Source: a virus (lineage: Duplodnaviria > Caudoviricetes). From it: a stretch of 64,000 nt of DNA. The stretch is taken from IMG/VR virus record IMGVR_UViG_3300020399_000132, positions 113,420 to 177,419 of that record; one strand, given 5' to 3'. Of this stretch, positions 37,045 through 47,341 are shown in pieces. The notes below the pieces were generated by a model that made no database searches, was not told where the DNA came from, and saw only the letters and a program-made list of their open reading frames with translations. A program made the translations under genes and the position numbers. Numbering within the stretch: position 1 is the stretch's first letter; each line of letters opens with the position of its first letter.

Positions 37045-38373
37045 TTATACGCTATGAAAGGTTGCTTCTACTTTGGCTACTATTTGAACTCCGTCTCCAT
37101 TGAGAACGTTCATTCCTATATGAGTTGCACCTAATGTAGAACCCGAACCATCGGTTGTATCAAAAGTTATTGTTGCAGTAATATCATGACCTAATCCACC
37201 ATATTGATTATTTTCTACTGTTCCGCTTCCACTTTCACAAAATAAATACTTGCGAAATTCAGTTTCATTAGCTCCAGCTTTTAATTTTAAGGCCACTTCT
37301 CCTGCAGACCAACTCGCTATGGGAACTTCAAATAACCATGCATCAGCTGCATTCGCAATAGTAGCTTCTGCTACTAAAGTTCGTGTTATATCTTTTTTAA
37401 ACGTATCGGTCCAAGTAGTTAAATCTCCGCCGATTACTGCTGCTTTCGCAATTCCTAAACCACCGGATGAAAGTAATTGTCCTGATGTATTAGATGTAGC
37501 ATTTACGGTTCCGTCTGCATGTACAACATTAGCAAAAAGAGATAATGCTACTCCTACTCCACCATCAGTTTGAATTGAACCGGTTGTTCCACTTGATGCA
37601 TCTGCTGTACCTTCAACTACTATAGCATCTTGAACTGTTACTGTACCTTGATTCGTATCAGCATAATCCGTAACAGTTATACTACCTGTTGATAATCCAC
37701 CATCAGTAGTTGTAATAAATGCAAATTCATCTTCTGATTCGTCCCATACAAAAGCGACGTTCGCGGAATTACCTCTGTTGATCATAAGACCTTGATCATG
37801 GGTAGGATCAACAAGATCGCCATTTGCGGATAAAGTAATTAAAGGATCACTGACACTTAAATTCGTTGCATTAACATATGTAAGTGCTCCGTCAACGAAT
37901 AAACTTCCATCAATAGCTACATTAGCTGAAAATGTAGCATCTCCGGCTGCTGCGAATTCCTCTACTTTAACTCCACCAGTTGAATTTGCTGATAATATTA
38001 CAGTTGAGGTTGCTCCGCTAGTATCATCAGAATGAGTAATCGCGTGTGTATGAGAATCTGCTGTAACTGCGTCTGTGGTAATGGTCGTTAATGTGGTTGG
38101 AGTATCTAATGTGATCGTTTGTGTATCGGCTCCAACTCCACCACCTTGCTTTGCAGAAACACCAATACCGTCGCCGGCTACTACTGATTCTAATTCACCT
38201 GCATCTATTTCTGCTTTTACTTGTGCGAATGTACGGACATGGACATTAGAACTATTATCTATTTCTAAAATTTTACCGCCGGTTGCGACTGTGCCGTCGG
38301 CAGGAGTATTATTAAGAGTTAAATTCCCGTCAGAAATTAAACCACTTCTTACTCTAAACTGTTTCATTGCCAT
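37045..38373 (-). CDS. virion structural/fibre protein
   Basis: VSDPLITL...GLMINRG...FVWDESEDEF and GGVGVA/GGLGIA repeats typical of T4-like fibre proteins. Confidence 0.65.
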   Translation of the reverse strand: MAMKQFRVRSGLISDGNLTLNNTPADGTVATGGKILEIDNSSNVHVRTFAQVKAEIDAGELESVVAGDGIGVSAKQGGGVGADTQTITLDTPTTLTTITTDAVTADSHTHAITHSDDTSGATSTVILSANSTGGVKVEEFAAAGDATFSANVAIDGSLFVDGALTYVNATNLSVSDPLITLSANGDLVDPTHDQGLMINRGNSANVAFVWDESEDEFAFITTTDGGLSTGSITVTDYADTNQGTVTVQDAIVVEGTADASSGTTGSIQTDGGVGVALSLFANVVHADGTVNATSNTSGQLLSSGGLGIAKAAVIGGDLTTWTDTFKKDITRTLVAEATIANAADAWLFEVPIASWSAGEVALKLKAGANETEFRKYLFCESGSGTVENNQYGGLGHDITATITFDTTDGSGSTLGATHIGMNVLNGDGVQIVAKVEATFHSV

Positions 38374-38404
38374 TGTTAATCTTCCTTAAATGTTCTGCTA
38401 AAGG

Positions 38405-39331
38405 TTAAGGTGCCCATGGAGTTCCGTCATAATTGGTACACACTGTTCGATGAACAGTAACTACTTGTTGATCAGAAGAAGTAGTAACTTTTAATCGAAC
38501 ATCCGTCGCTAATATATCTGCCGCTATACCGGGTTCAATTGAAATCGCACCTAATTCCACTTCCCCATAAATTACATGTTCTGTATCTGTTCCATCATGA
38601 ACTAATGCTACCTCACCGGTCCAATATGCCGTCGTGCCCAAAGTGTAATCTTCACAGGTGACAATGTACTTAGCGGATCTGAATGTATTTATATTAAAAG
38701 TATCTGCAACAACCTCTCCTGCAGTGACGGCAAGTGTTCGTGAAGTGGAAAACATCATGTCAGAATTAACTGTAAAAGTACCCTTAACCTGAAAGTCTTC
38801 AAATTCAAGCATATTTGTATTAACAGCTTTCCATGCGCTCAATGAATCATTATATTGCCACATCATACCATCAGCATATACTGATGCTGCAACGTCTTCT
38901 AATTCTCCGATACCTTTTTGAGAAATATCTAAACTCTCTGGAGTTGTACCGGGACCAGCAACCCACTTTGATGTAGCTTTATCCCAGTTTAAGATATCTC
39001 CGTTTGCGATTCCCTCTATAGTAACATCAGTTAATGCGGATATTTTTAATTGATCTCCAAAAGCTAATAATCTAGTTCCGGTGATAGTGGTAGACCCTAT
39101 CATAACATTAGCACCAAAATCTAAATATTCAACACCATCTTGTTCTGTTATTCCAATTGATTTGGTAGATAATGTAAGAGTATTACCTTGAAGATATAAA
39201 TCACCAAACGGCGCTTCCGTGGTACCCAGTCCGACAGGATTGTTACCGGGTTCCGGAGCTTTAGGCTTTAAGTTGACCGTTAAATTTTCTAAATCAATTA
39301 TACCTAATGATACAGTTGCTTGCTGTTGCAT
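38405..39331 (-). CDS. virion structural protein, paralogue B
   Basis: APFGDLYLQGNTL, LTDV, DTFxINxxRxAKYIV; paralogue of 39353..40336. Confidence 0.65.
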   Translation of the reverse strand: MQQQATVSLGIIDLENLTVNLKPKAPEPGNNPVGLGTTEAPFGDLYLQGNTLTLSTKSIGITEQDGVEYLDFGANVMIGSTTITGTRLLAFGDQLKISALTDVTIEGIANGDILNWDKATSKWVAGPGTTPESLDISQKGIGELEDVAASVYADGMMWQYNDSLSAWKAVNTNMLEFEDFQVKGTFTVNSDMMFSTSRTLAVTAGEVVADTFNINTFRSAKYIVTCEDYTLGTTAYWTGEVALVHDGTDTEHVIYGEVELGAISIEPGIAADILATDVRLKVTTSSDQQVVTVHRTVCTNYDGTPWAP

Positions 39332-39432
39332 TAATTAAATTCCTCAGATGTTCTATAGATAATTATCAAACACTGTTCGATGAACAGTAACTACTTGTTG
39401 ATCAGAAGAAGTAGTAACTTTTAATCGAACAT
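38440..39432. repeat. 63-nt exact direct repeat (38440-38502 and 39370-39432)
   Basis: acactgttcgatgaacagtaactacttgttgatcagaagaagtagtaacttttaatcgaacat at both sites. Confidence 0.9.
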
Positions 39433-40336
39433 TAGAGCCTGTTATATCTGACTCAATTATGGGCATCATTGAAATTATACCTATTTCCACATCGCCATAT
39501 AGAGACAGTCCTGTATTTGTTCCGTCATGAACCAACATTGCTTGGCCCGTCCAATAAGCTTTGTTGTCTGTGGTATAATCTTCGCAGGTGACAATGTACT
39601 TAGCAGTTCTATATATATTTATATCAAAGGTATCTACTACAACTTGCCCGGCTAAAATCTGAATTGTTCGTGAAGCGGAGTATCTTACTGTGCCCGTTGG
39701 GTTCTCAGCGGACGTTCCAGAATTAACTGAAAACGTTTTAGCTTTGGGATAATCTAAATCAAGATCATTCGGATTGAAGCTTGCCCAAGCGTCCGCTGAT
39801 GGACTATATTGCCACATCATACCTTCTGTATAGGTATTGGGTTCAACATCATTTAATTCTGCAATATTTTTTTGAGATAGATCTAAGTCAGCTGGATCAA
39901 GTGAAAAATCCGCATGAATCCACTTAGATGTATCCTGATTCCATTCTAGAACATTTCCATCTTCAATACCAGTTATAGTAACATCGGTTAGTCCAGTTGT
40001 TTTTAATTGATCTTGAAAAGCTAATAATCTAGTACCGGAAATCACAGTTGAACCTATCACAACATTAGACCCAAAATCTAAATATTCCGTGCCGGATTGT
40101 TCCGTTATTCCGATTGATCTAGTTGATATTGTAAGGGTATTACCTTGAAGATATAAATCACCAAAGGGTGCTGTTGTTTCACCTAATGAAGGTGCTTTTT
40201 CGCCGGCGGCAACTGTTTTAGGTTTTAGATTAACAGTTAAATTTTCAAAATCAATATTACCTAAATGAATTATATTATCTTGTGAAGCAATTAAATTGAT
40301 TTCCCCTTGTCGTCCGTCTTCATACAGTAGAGTCAT
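39353..40336 (-). CDS. virion structural protein, paralogue A
   Basis: co-linear paralogue of 38405..39331. Confidence 0.65.
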   Translation of the reverse strand: MTLLYEDGRQGEINLIASQDNIIHLGNIDFENLTVNLKPKTVAAGEKAPSLGETTAPFGDLYLQGNTLTISTRSIGITEQSGTEYLDFGSNVVIGSTVISGTRLLAFQDQLKTTGLTDVTITGIEDGNVLEWNQDTSKWIHADFSLDPADLDLSQKNIAELNDVEPNTYTEGMMWQYSPSADAWASFNPNDLDLDYPKAKTFSVNSGTSAENPTGTVRYSASRTIQILAGQVVVDTFDINIYRTAKYIVTCEDYTTDNKAYWTGQAMLVHDGTNTGLSLYGDVEIGIISMMPIIESDITGSNVRLKVTTSSDQQVVTVHRTVFDNYL

Positions 40337-40338
40337 CT

Positions 40339-40722
40339 TTAACCTTCAAGTAATAGTTTATTGCCGGATTCTAGTAAAGTTGCACCTTTTGGACTTGCGG
40401 TAGGTCTTAATACTAATGTTCCCTCTATTACGCGTCTGGTTATATCAAATTCGGAGTTATGAATAACAATGTCATAATTATAACGGCCGGAAGGAATATC
40501 ATCGGATACGGAACCCAATAATCTTAATTGCACTGCGCCCGTCGTAGGGCTTGTTATAGTAGTGGTAAATTTATATACTTTGTTTGCACCGGTCCACTTT
40601 TGAAAATAAGCTTCAGCCGTATAGCCTGTTAAATCAGTTGAGCCGCCGCTATCATTTTTAACTGTTAATGATAAAGTATAATCAGAACCTTGATCTGCAA
40701 ATATATTTACAATAGATGCCAT
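40339..40722 (-). CDS. T4-like virion structural protein
   Basis: NIFADQGSDY...DLTGYTA...GRYNYDI...RVIEG; late promoter upstream. Confidence 0.7.
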   Translation of the reverse strand: MASIVNIFADQGSDYTLSLTVKNDSGGSTDLTGYTAEAYFQKWTGANKVYKFTTTITSPTTGAVQLRLLGSVSDDIPSGRYNYDIVIHNSEFDITRRVIEGTLVLRPTASPKGATLLESGNKLLLEG

Positions 40723-40741
40723 ATAATTTCTCCTTATACAT

Positions 40742-40749
40742 TATTTATA
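40742..40749 (-). promoter_or_regulatory. T4-type late promoter TATAAATA
   Basis: exact motif heading the fibre operon. Confidence 0.8.
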
Positions 40750-40758
40750 ATACCTCAT

Positions 40759-41526
40759 CTATTCCCAAAAATACTTATTATGAATTTTAAAATTAGAGCA
40801 ATCTCTCTTATGGTTACCTGTAAACATATCATAGTCTAAGGGTAAGTTGGTTGCCTTCATCCAGTCTTCTAAGAATGTATGATTTCTAATAGGAAGTCTA
40901 TTTACACACATTTCTTCGGATATAGCATGACTATATTCTTGTGTTGTTTCCAGACCAACGATCCAATTTCTGCTTGAGACTTCCATTATTTGTAACCTAA
41001 ACTTTTCAAGAGGTATTGAGCTATTATATTGTTTATGTTGCCAATTACCTATTTCAGATGAAAAGCCTGTATAAAAAAAATAACGGTGGGTGTGGTGATT
41101 GAGTGGAGGGGACACTTGTTTATGTAATCTACTGAAGGTGTACTCCAATTGTTTTCGCGCAGTGTTTACAGGGCGTAATTGAGGCTTAAATTTTACTAAT
41201 ACATGTTTTACGTGAGGAATATCATGTGGTTGATATTTATTAATTACTCCGTCGTCTTCTATCCATATGTTAGTCAATTCATAATCACATGCATTTATAA
41301 CCCAATTTCCAGGATCATTCCATGCTTTATCTGCTAAAAAAGTTACATCATCTGGAACATTCATTCTATTGCGATCTGATATATTCCAGGAATAATCAAA
41401 CAAATCTTCTCCTGTTCCAGATCCGTTTTCTTCCATCTCAGAACGTCTAGACCAATATGTATATCGTTCCAGACCTATTCCTCTGGCTGCTATAGAAACA
41501 CCAGGACCGCTAACATAAATTTCCAT
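40759..41526 (-). CDS. hypothetical protein
   Basis: 255-aa ORF immediately after queE. Confidence 0.6.
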   Translation of the reverse strand: MEIYVSGPGVSIAARGIGLERYTYWSRRSEMEENGSGTGEDLFDYSWNISDRNRMNVPDDVTFLADKAWNDPGNWVINACDYELTNIWIEDDGVINKYQPHDIPHVKHVLVKFKPQLRPVNTARKQLEYTFSRLHKQVSPPLNHHTHRYFFYTGFSSEIGNWQHKQYNSSIPLEKFRLQIMEVSSRNWIVGLETTQEYSHAISEEMCVNRLPIRNHTFLEDWMKATNLPLDYDMFTGNHKRDCSNFKIHNKYFWE

Positions 41527-42492
41527 TCATGTGCCCCATTTATTACCAAATAAATCTACATGTAATCTGGGCGAATATTTAAAGCCATGCTTCATTGCCA
41601 TTTCAGCAACATTAAATTTTGTATTTTCTAACATCTCAGCTGTTCCACCAACTGGCATTAAATAAATATCTATATAATCTTCCCACCGAGTGTATTCAAG
41701 TTCTATTTGCTTAATTTCCTCAATATCCTGTTCATCTTGAACCACAAATTTTAAATACAAATGTGAATTTTGCACTTCTTTATACTGATGCCAATTTTCA
41801 GGTTTAATTGCTTTAAAACCCAATTCACCACTTATACTTAATTTTGGACTACATGACCACGTAATATGATGATCATAAAGACTATACTCATGTAACCATT
41901 TAAGAAATTCATCCGTTAAAGCAAATGTACTATTTGTTTCAAATGTAATATTTTTAATATGTCTAAATGAAGGATGACCTAATAAATCTGGCAATTGTTT
42001 CTGCCACATCATTGGTTCACCGCCTGTAATCACCAAATGAATATCCTGTTTATTATCTTCATAATACCATTTTTTATCAGGACAAAGATCTATTAGTTTT
42101 TCAGCTATTACATCAGCCTCTTCAAATGTTGATAGATGCATATATTCTTTTGCCCAGCTTGCAGAACTATCACATCCTATTTTCATTACAGGTAATTCTT
42201 CAATACTCTTGTACTGACTAACATCAAGTTTTTTCCAAGGCATTTCATCTCGTGGAATTAATTGCCCTCTAGGTTGTCCAAATCCAGGACACTCAAAATT
42301 ACACCCAAATAATCTTAAAAATACACTTGGTGTTCCTACAAATCTTCCTTCGCCCTGAATGCTATAAAACATTTCAGAATGTCTAAGTTTTTTCACAGTT
42401 CTTTTCTCTTTTTTTTTCAATTCTCTCTCACCTTTTTGTAATTCTTTTATGACCTCTGGAATTCCTGTTCCATCTTTGTAAACCTTAATCAT
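41527..42492 (-). CDS. queE: 7-carboxy-7-deazaguanine synthase (radical SAM)
   Basis: EMFYSIQGEG, RLFGCNFEC...GCDS, VITGGEPM, FETN, SPKL, SPRLHVDLFGN. Confidence 0.92.
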   Translation of the reverse strand: MIKVYKDGTGIPEVIKELQKGERELKKKEKRTVKKLRHSEMFYSIQGEGRFVGTPSVFLRLFGCNFECPGFGQPRGQLIPRDEMPWKKLDVSQYKSIEELPVMKIGCDSSASWAKEYMHLSTFEEADVIAEKLIDLCPDKKWYYEDNKQDIHLVITGGEPMMWQKQLPDLLGHPSFRHIKNITFETNSTFALTDEFLKWLHEYSLYDHHITWSCSPKLSISGELGFKAIKPENWHQYKEVQNSHLYLKFVVQDEQDIEEIKQIELEYTRWEDYIDIYLMPVGGTAEMLENTKFNVAEMAMKHGFKYSPRLHVDLFGNKWGT

Positions 42493-43004
42493 TATTCATC
42501 TACGTCGAATAAATCTTCATTCCATTCTCTATGACCTTCACGCCATGCCATGTTGCTTTCTGTTTCACGTACTTCTACTCTATAACACCAAAGTCTTTCT
42601 GCTTCGCCCTTTCCCCACATATCAGGAATGAATACTCCATTCATATATTTGTACAACATAGAAGAAAGCCCTTCACATCCAAGTTTTGGTAATACAGTAA
42701 GTTTTGCAATACCACGTTCTTGTAACTGTTTATAAAGATCTATTTCTGGGTCATCTTCTGCTACTAATAATGTATGATCGAATTGCTCATCTAAGAAACT
42801 TTTGAGTTCTCCCAATCCACCATAATCTGCAACCCAATTTCTAACATCCAAATGATCTGTACCAAAAAAGAATCTCATAGTAAAACTGTAACCATGAATA
42901 ACATTACAATGACTATCGGCCTTGTATTGTCTATATGCACATGGAAATTTGTCTACATATTCTTTTGTGCTATTATATTTGTATATTCTTGGCTCTTTAT
43001 TCAT
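42492..43004 (-). CDS. queD: 6-carboxy-5,6,7,8-tetrahydropterin synthase
   Basis: SHCNVIHGY, DYGGL, FDHTLLV, VEVRETESN; likely start MNKEPR at 43004. Confidence 0.88.
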   Translation of the reverse strand: MNKEPRIYKYNSTKEYVDKFPCAYRQYKADSHCNVIHGYSFTMRFFFGTDHLDVRNWVADYGGLGELKSFLDEQFDHTLLVAEDDPEIDLYKQLQERGIAKLTVLPKLGCEGLSSMLYKYMNGVFIPDMWGKGEAERLWCYRVEVRETESNMAWREGHREWNEDLFDVDE

Positions 43005-43095
43005 ATTCCTCCTCCTCTTCTTCAGTCTCATCGAATTCTTCATCGATGTAATTATTAGCCCAGTCTTTATTTCGACGGCGTTCTTTTTTCGACAT
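42997..43095 (-). CDS. small acidic peptide (32 aa)
   Basis: MSKKERRRNKDWANNYIDEEFDETEEEEEEYE. Confidence 0.45.
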   Translation of the reverse strand: MSKKERRRNKDWANNYIDEEFDETEEEEEEYE

Positions 43096-43100
43096 ATTTT

Positions 43101-43673
43101 TTAAAATGTCTTTACTAAAACTCTCTCTTGTTTTTTGTTGTTTAAATGACTTTGCCATAGTGTTGGACTCGATGTTTTTATTTTTTTAAGAAACATTCTT
43201 CGTTTTTTCCTCGCATTTTGTATATAAATTTGGCTCGCTCCATCATAAAAAATTTTTCCCTTTATATGATCCATTTCATGTAAAAAGATACGAGCAGATA
43301 GATCAGAAAAATAACCATTAAGGGGGTTGTTTTCAGCATCCTCCCAAGATGCAGATAAACTCTTAGGTCTACTTATTTTAATATATAATCCGGGATATGT
43401 CAAGCAACCTTCAGTTTCCCAAACAAATTCTTCCGACTCTTCAATAATTTGAGGATTAAATAATACCATGCTATTTCCTTCATGATTCATAGCAAATGCA
43501 CTATATTGATAACCTATCTGATTTGCAGATAATCCTACTCCATCATAGTATTTCATATTTTCTATTAATTCATCCCGAAATTCAATGGGGTCAACCGGAG
43601 GGCTCCAGAAGCTAAATGGAATAGTTTCCTTTTCTAATAATTCATGCCCTTCTGGCACCAAAGGTTTAATCAT
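43101..43673 (-). CDS. def: peptide deformylase
   Basis: GVGLSANQIG, EGCLT, HEMDH. Confidence 0.95.
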   Translation of the reverse strand: MIKPLVPEGHELLEKETIPFSFWSPPVDPIEFRDELIENMKYYDGVGLSANQIGYQYSAFAMNHEGNSMVLFNPQIIEESEEFVWETEGCLTYPGLYIKISRPKSLSASWEDAENNPLNGYFSDLSARIFLHEMDHIKGKIFYDGASQIYIQNARKKRRMFLKKIKTSSPTLWQSHLNNKKQERVLVKTF

Positions 43674-45382
43674 AATATTACACTAAAGTTTTTTCGTTTT
43701 TCAAATTTCATATGGACTCTAAATTTATCATATAAAGTATCCCCCTTATGAGAAATTACAAAAACATTTATAGTTTCTCCCTGTTCATTAACTATCTTCA
43801 TAAATTCATCTGTTCCGTCGCCATCTAAGGAACTATCAAATACTTCATCCAATATTAATAAATTAGTATTAACTGAATTTTTTAATTTAGCAACGGTCCT
43901 CCATGTAAACAATAATGCTAAATCAATACGCATTTTCTCTCCCTCACTAAAAGAATCATACGTAAAATCATCCCTATATCTTGACTTTATCTCTTCATTA
44001 AAGTTCTCATCTAAATTAAAAGATACAAAGAAATTCATTTGAGTTAAATATTTGTTAATCAATTTATTCATGATTGGCAAATATTGTTTTATAATTCTAG
44101 ATTTTATTCCTTCATCTTTTAAAATACTTTTGGCTGTTTCATTTATAAATTTTTCTTCAATTAATTCCTCTGTTTGAACCTTTATTTCCTCAAACTCTTT
44201 CCCATATTCCTTTAATTTCTTTTTTTCATCATTTATATCGCCAGTATCTTGTTCTAAATGATTTATACTTTCTTGTTGTTTTTTAACATATTGATCAATA
44301 ACACTTATGCCATTATTAATTGTTTGTACTGTTGTCTGGTGATCTTGTATGTTTTCTTGAATTGATTGTATTGAAGATAATCGATCTCTGATTGCATTAA
44401 GTTCTTCATCAATTTTATCGATTGCTGTTCTGAATTCTTTAATCTTTTCTTGCTTTTGAATAATTTCTTTGTGTTTGAAGGCGTGGTCGATGTTTTGTTT
44501 ACATGTTGGACAATCATCATTTGTCTCAAAGAAGGAGATATTCTTTTGTTCGGAATCAACATTTCTGAGAATGGAACGTTGATATTCTGTAAGTTTATCA
44601 TGCTTATTATTCACCTGTTTGGCATCAGACACTTCATTTAAAAATTCTTCTACCGATTTATTAATTTCATCAATTTGTTTTATGCGAGAATCTTTTTCAT
44701 CTAAGGATTTTTTAATATCATTTTCATATTTTGAAATAAGAGTTTTAGTTTTACGTTTTAATTGTAATATATAATTCTCTTTTAAATCTATTTTATTTTC
44801 AAGTAAATCTTTAGCTGATTTAGTTTTATCTATTTTTAGTTTATTCTCTATCGCATATGTTTTAAGAATATTATTCATAGAAGAAAATATTTGTATGTCT
44901 AACAAGTCCTCTATAATATCTCTTCTGTCTGATGCTTTCAATTGCATGAAAGGAACAAATGAAGAATTTCCCAAAATTACTATTTGAGTAAATGATTTAT
45001 AATTTAACTTTAATACATTTTTTTCTAAAAATTCTTGAAAATCTCTTACATTAGCATTTTGTTGTAATTGAACACCATCTGTTTCTATTTCAAAGAAATT
45101 TGGCTTAATTCCTCTGCGAACTAAAATATGTTTTTTACCAACTAAAAATTCTACCTCAACAACTGCTTCTCTTTCGTTAACAGAATTTACTAATTGAGGT
45201 TTATTGACATTGCGAAATGGTTTACCAAATAAGCCGAATGTTAAGGCATCAAGCATAGTACTTTTGCCTGCGCCGTTATCTCCAATGATAAGTGTAGTTT
45301 TAGATCTATCCAGATCTATCTGGGTAAAAACGTTGCCGCTACTTAAAAAGTTTTTATAGCGCACAGATTTAAATACTATCAT
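43670..45382 (-). CDS. gp46: recombination endonuclease subunit gp46 (Rad50/SbcC-like ATPase)
   Basis: GDNGAGKST, CPTC hook, FSEGEKMRIDLALLF, LILDEVFD. Confidence 0.96.
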   Translation of the reverse strand: MIVFKSVRYKNFLSSGNVFTQIDLDRSKTTLIIGDNGAGKSTMLDALTFGLFGKPFRNVNKPQLVNSVNEREAVVEVEFLVGKKHILVRRGIKPNFFEIETDGVQLQQNANVRDFQEFLEKNVLKLNYKSFTQIVILGNSSFVPFMQLKASDRRDIIEDLLDIQIFSSMNNILKTYAIENKLKIDKTKSAKDLLENKIDLKENYILQLKRKTKTLISKYENDIKKSLDEKDSRIKQIDEINKSVEEFLNEVSDAKQVNNKHDKLTEYQRSILRNVDSEQKNISFFETNDDCPTCKQNIDHAFKHKEIIQKQEKIKEFRTAIDKIDEELNAIRDRLSSIQSIQENIQDHQTTVQTINNGISVIDQYVKKQQESINHLEQDTGDINDEKKKLKEYGKEFEEIKVQTEELIEEKFINETAKSILKDEGIKSRIIKQYLPIMNKLINKYLTQMNFFVSFNLDENFNEEIKSRYRDDFTYDSFSEGEKMRIDLALLFTWRTVAKLKNSVNTNLLILDEVFDSSLDGDGTDEFMKIVNEQGETINVFVISHKGDTLYDKFRVHMKFEKRKNFSVIL

Positions 45383-45690
45383 TAATTCTCAACTAAAAAT
45401 CTAGGCTTGCTACCATTTTCGAATTGATATTCATTATCTTTTAGCTGATTTTTTAATACTTGAGATACGAGCTGATTTAATGTTATATCGTTTTCATGAG
45501 CCATCAACATCAATTTGAGTAAATCTGGCTCATCTATTTCAACTTCTACATTTTTTGCTTTTAATTTTGTTTCTTTTTCGTGGGATTTATCATCCATAAA
45601 AATTCTCTCTGCTTCTTTCAATGAACAATTATGTTCTCTGGCTATTTCAGGTAAACGCTCACCATAAAACCAATTTGCGTTGTCACTCAT
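45382..45690 (-). CDS. hypothetical protein
   Basis: 102 aa between gp47 and gp46. Confidence 0.6.
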   Translation of the reverse strand: MSDNANWFYGERLPEIAREHNCSLKEAERIFMDDKSHEKETKLKAKNVEVEIDEPDLLKLMLMAHENDITLNQLVSQVLKNQLKDNEYQFENGSKPRFLVEN

Positions 45691-45691
45691 A

Positions 45692-46747
45692 TTACTCTAA
45701 GGTTAAAGATTCATTATATAGGTTTCTCATTAAAATGTCAAGTCTTTTTTTATCTGCAATTGTATCCATTTGATCTATATACGAAGATAAAATAGTCATA
45801 GTATCTTGAGCTTCATCAACGAATGTTTCATCATTATCTAATTCGGCAAAAGATTCAACAACAGTAATATCCCCTACTCCAGATTTATACATTTTATCTA
45901 ATATAACATCAAATAGATATGGATTAGTTTTATTTTCAACAATTATTTTAATATAACAATTTTTCCATTTATCAAAACTTACTCCTTGAACTGTTTCCGT
46001 GGTCCAATCTAAGTCATTATAAAAATACTTATGAAACATTTCATTAGGATTTTCAACAAACGTTAATTCTCTTGTTTCAAAATCAAATATATGAAATCCT
46101 CGTGGATCCTTATAATCCATCCAATTAGTTTGATAGGGGTTTCCGAGATAGTAAATAGTACCGTTATCTGACTTATGATGAAAGTGACCACTGAAAACCA
46201 TGTCAAATTTATCAAATAACTTTCGATCCAATCCTTCAGCACAAAATTGCCCCCTAATCATTTCAAAACCATTTACTTCAAGATGTCCGAACATTAAATC
46301 ACATTTAGTATTATTAATTAATTCAACGGCTCCTCCATAATTTTCCTTACATAACCATGGCATCATTATAAATGTTGAATCACAATATGTTAATTCACAA
46401 GGGTTGCTATAAGTTGTAATATTAGAATATTCTTTTAATAAAAGAGTTGGAGAATTTATTTCATTGGTGGTTTTATAAAATGTATCATGATTGCCGGCTA
46501 ACATATGACATTCTATATCATTTTTCGCCAAGGGATTGAAAAACATATCTTTGGCATCATATAGAGATTTATAATTGACAAACTTTCGTCTATCAAATAC
46601 ATCGCCCATATGTATGAGATTTTTTATATTATGTTTTTTAAGATAAGGAAAGAATATATTTTCGTAAAATTTAGTAAAATAACTAGAAAAAGCTATATTA
46701 TCATTTCTGGCGCCGAAGTGTGTATCCGTAAGTATAGCTGTTTTCAT
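45692..46747 (-). CDS. gp47: recombination endonuclease subunit gp47 (Mre11/SbcD-like)
   Basis: TDTHFG, GDVFDRRK, GNHD, SGHFHH. Confidence 0.96.
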   Translation of the reverse strand: MKTAILTDTHFGARNDNIAFSSYFTKFYENIFFPYLKKHNIKNLIHMGDVFDRRKFVNYKSLYDAKDMFFNPLAKNDIECHMLAGNHDTFYKTTNEINSPTLLLKEYSNITTYSNPCELTYCDSTFIMMPWLCKENYGGAVELINNTKCDLMFGHLEVNGFEMIRGQFCAEGLDRKLFDKFDMVFSGHFHHKSDNGTIYYLGNPYQTNWMDYKDPRGFHIFDFETRELTFVENPNEMFHKYFYNDLDWTTETVQGVSFDKWKNCYIKIIVENKTNPYLFDVILDKMYKSGVGDITVVESFAELDNDETFVDEAQDTMTILSSYIDQMDTIADKKRLDILMRNLYNESLTLE

Positions 46748-47334
46748 GAAGGGGTTTTTGCTTCCACCATATAAGGCACCAATGTATTAGCTACACTTGC
46801 TGCTTGTTTTTTTGATTTTCTTGCTTTTGCTTCTTCAAAATCACCTACAAATTTATACATATTTGCTTTTTGTTCTTCTGTTAAAACTTCAACATTGAAA
46901 TGATGATCATCATGATCGTGTTCTGATAATACAATACTATCAGATAACATGCTATTATTGTGAATGGTTTTATATTTTATATAAAGTTGTTTTTTTTCTT
47001 TTTGGATTCTTCTGATAAATGCAAAATATATAATTTGGGTAAAATAAGAAAATGGATTAGAAGACCTTTCCGGATTAAAATTGTGAGCAGATTGTACACA
47101 ATTTTCTATTCCATCCGATATCATTTCATCTCTAAAAGTATAATTAACAAAATTTGGTCTCAAACTTAATCTTTCCGCAATTTTCATAAAGCATGATCCA
47201 ATATAATCTGGAATAATTGGAACTAGCTCTTCTGGATTTTTTTCCTTTACCTCAGCACAATGATTTTTATAATTAACCATTTCTTCATGAAATTTTTTAT
47301 TATCAACATAATGTATTGATTTCGCTCTGGCCAT
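46744..47334 (-). CDS. gp55: late-transcription sigma factor gp55
   Basis: HYVDNKKF, IAERLSLRPNFVNYTFRDEMISDGIENC, NPFSYFTQIIYFAFIRRIQKEKKQ. Confidence 0.96.
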   Translation of the reverse strand: MARAKSIHYVDNKKFHEEMVNYKNHCAEVKEKNPEELVPIIPDYIGSCFMKIAERLSLRPNFVNYTFRDEMISDGIENCVQSAHNFNPERSSNPFSYFTQIIYFAFIRRIQKEKKQLYIKYKTIHNNSMLSDSIVLSEHDHDDHHFNVEVLTEEQKANMYKFVGDFEEAKARKSKKQAASVANTLVPYMVEAKTPS

Positions 47335-47341
47335 GATTTAC

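Noticed and set aside
38686-39623. TATAAATA matches at 38686-38693 and 39616-39623
   Set aside because: At equivalent internal codon positions of two paralogues; explained by coding sequence
29948-40336. Diversity-generating retroelement or invertible cassette explaining fibre repeats
   Set aside because: No reverse transcriptase or recombinase in the window; repeats are direct, in coding frames, and show no adenine-specific mismatch pattern
41524-41529. queE TGA immediately followed in frame by the ATG of the next gene (possible second Sec read-through)
   Set aside because: QueE ends at its normal C-terminal motif (GNKWGT), the next ORF has its own ATG, there is no Cys-like context and only a weak downstream hairpin
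42396-42492. N-terminal extension of QueE across a long A homopolymer (possible slippage site or fused small ORF)
   Set aside because: Cannot distinguish a real extension, an internal GTG start or a homopolymer error without reads
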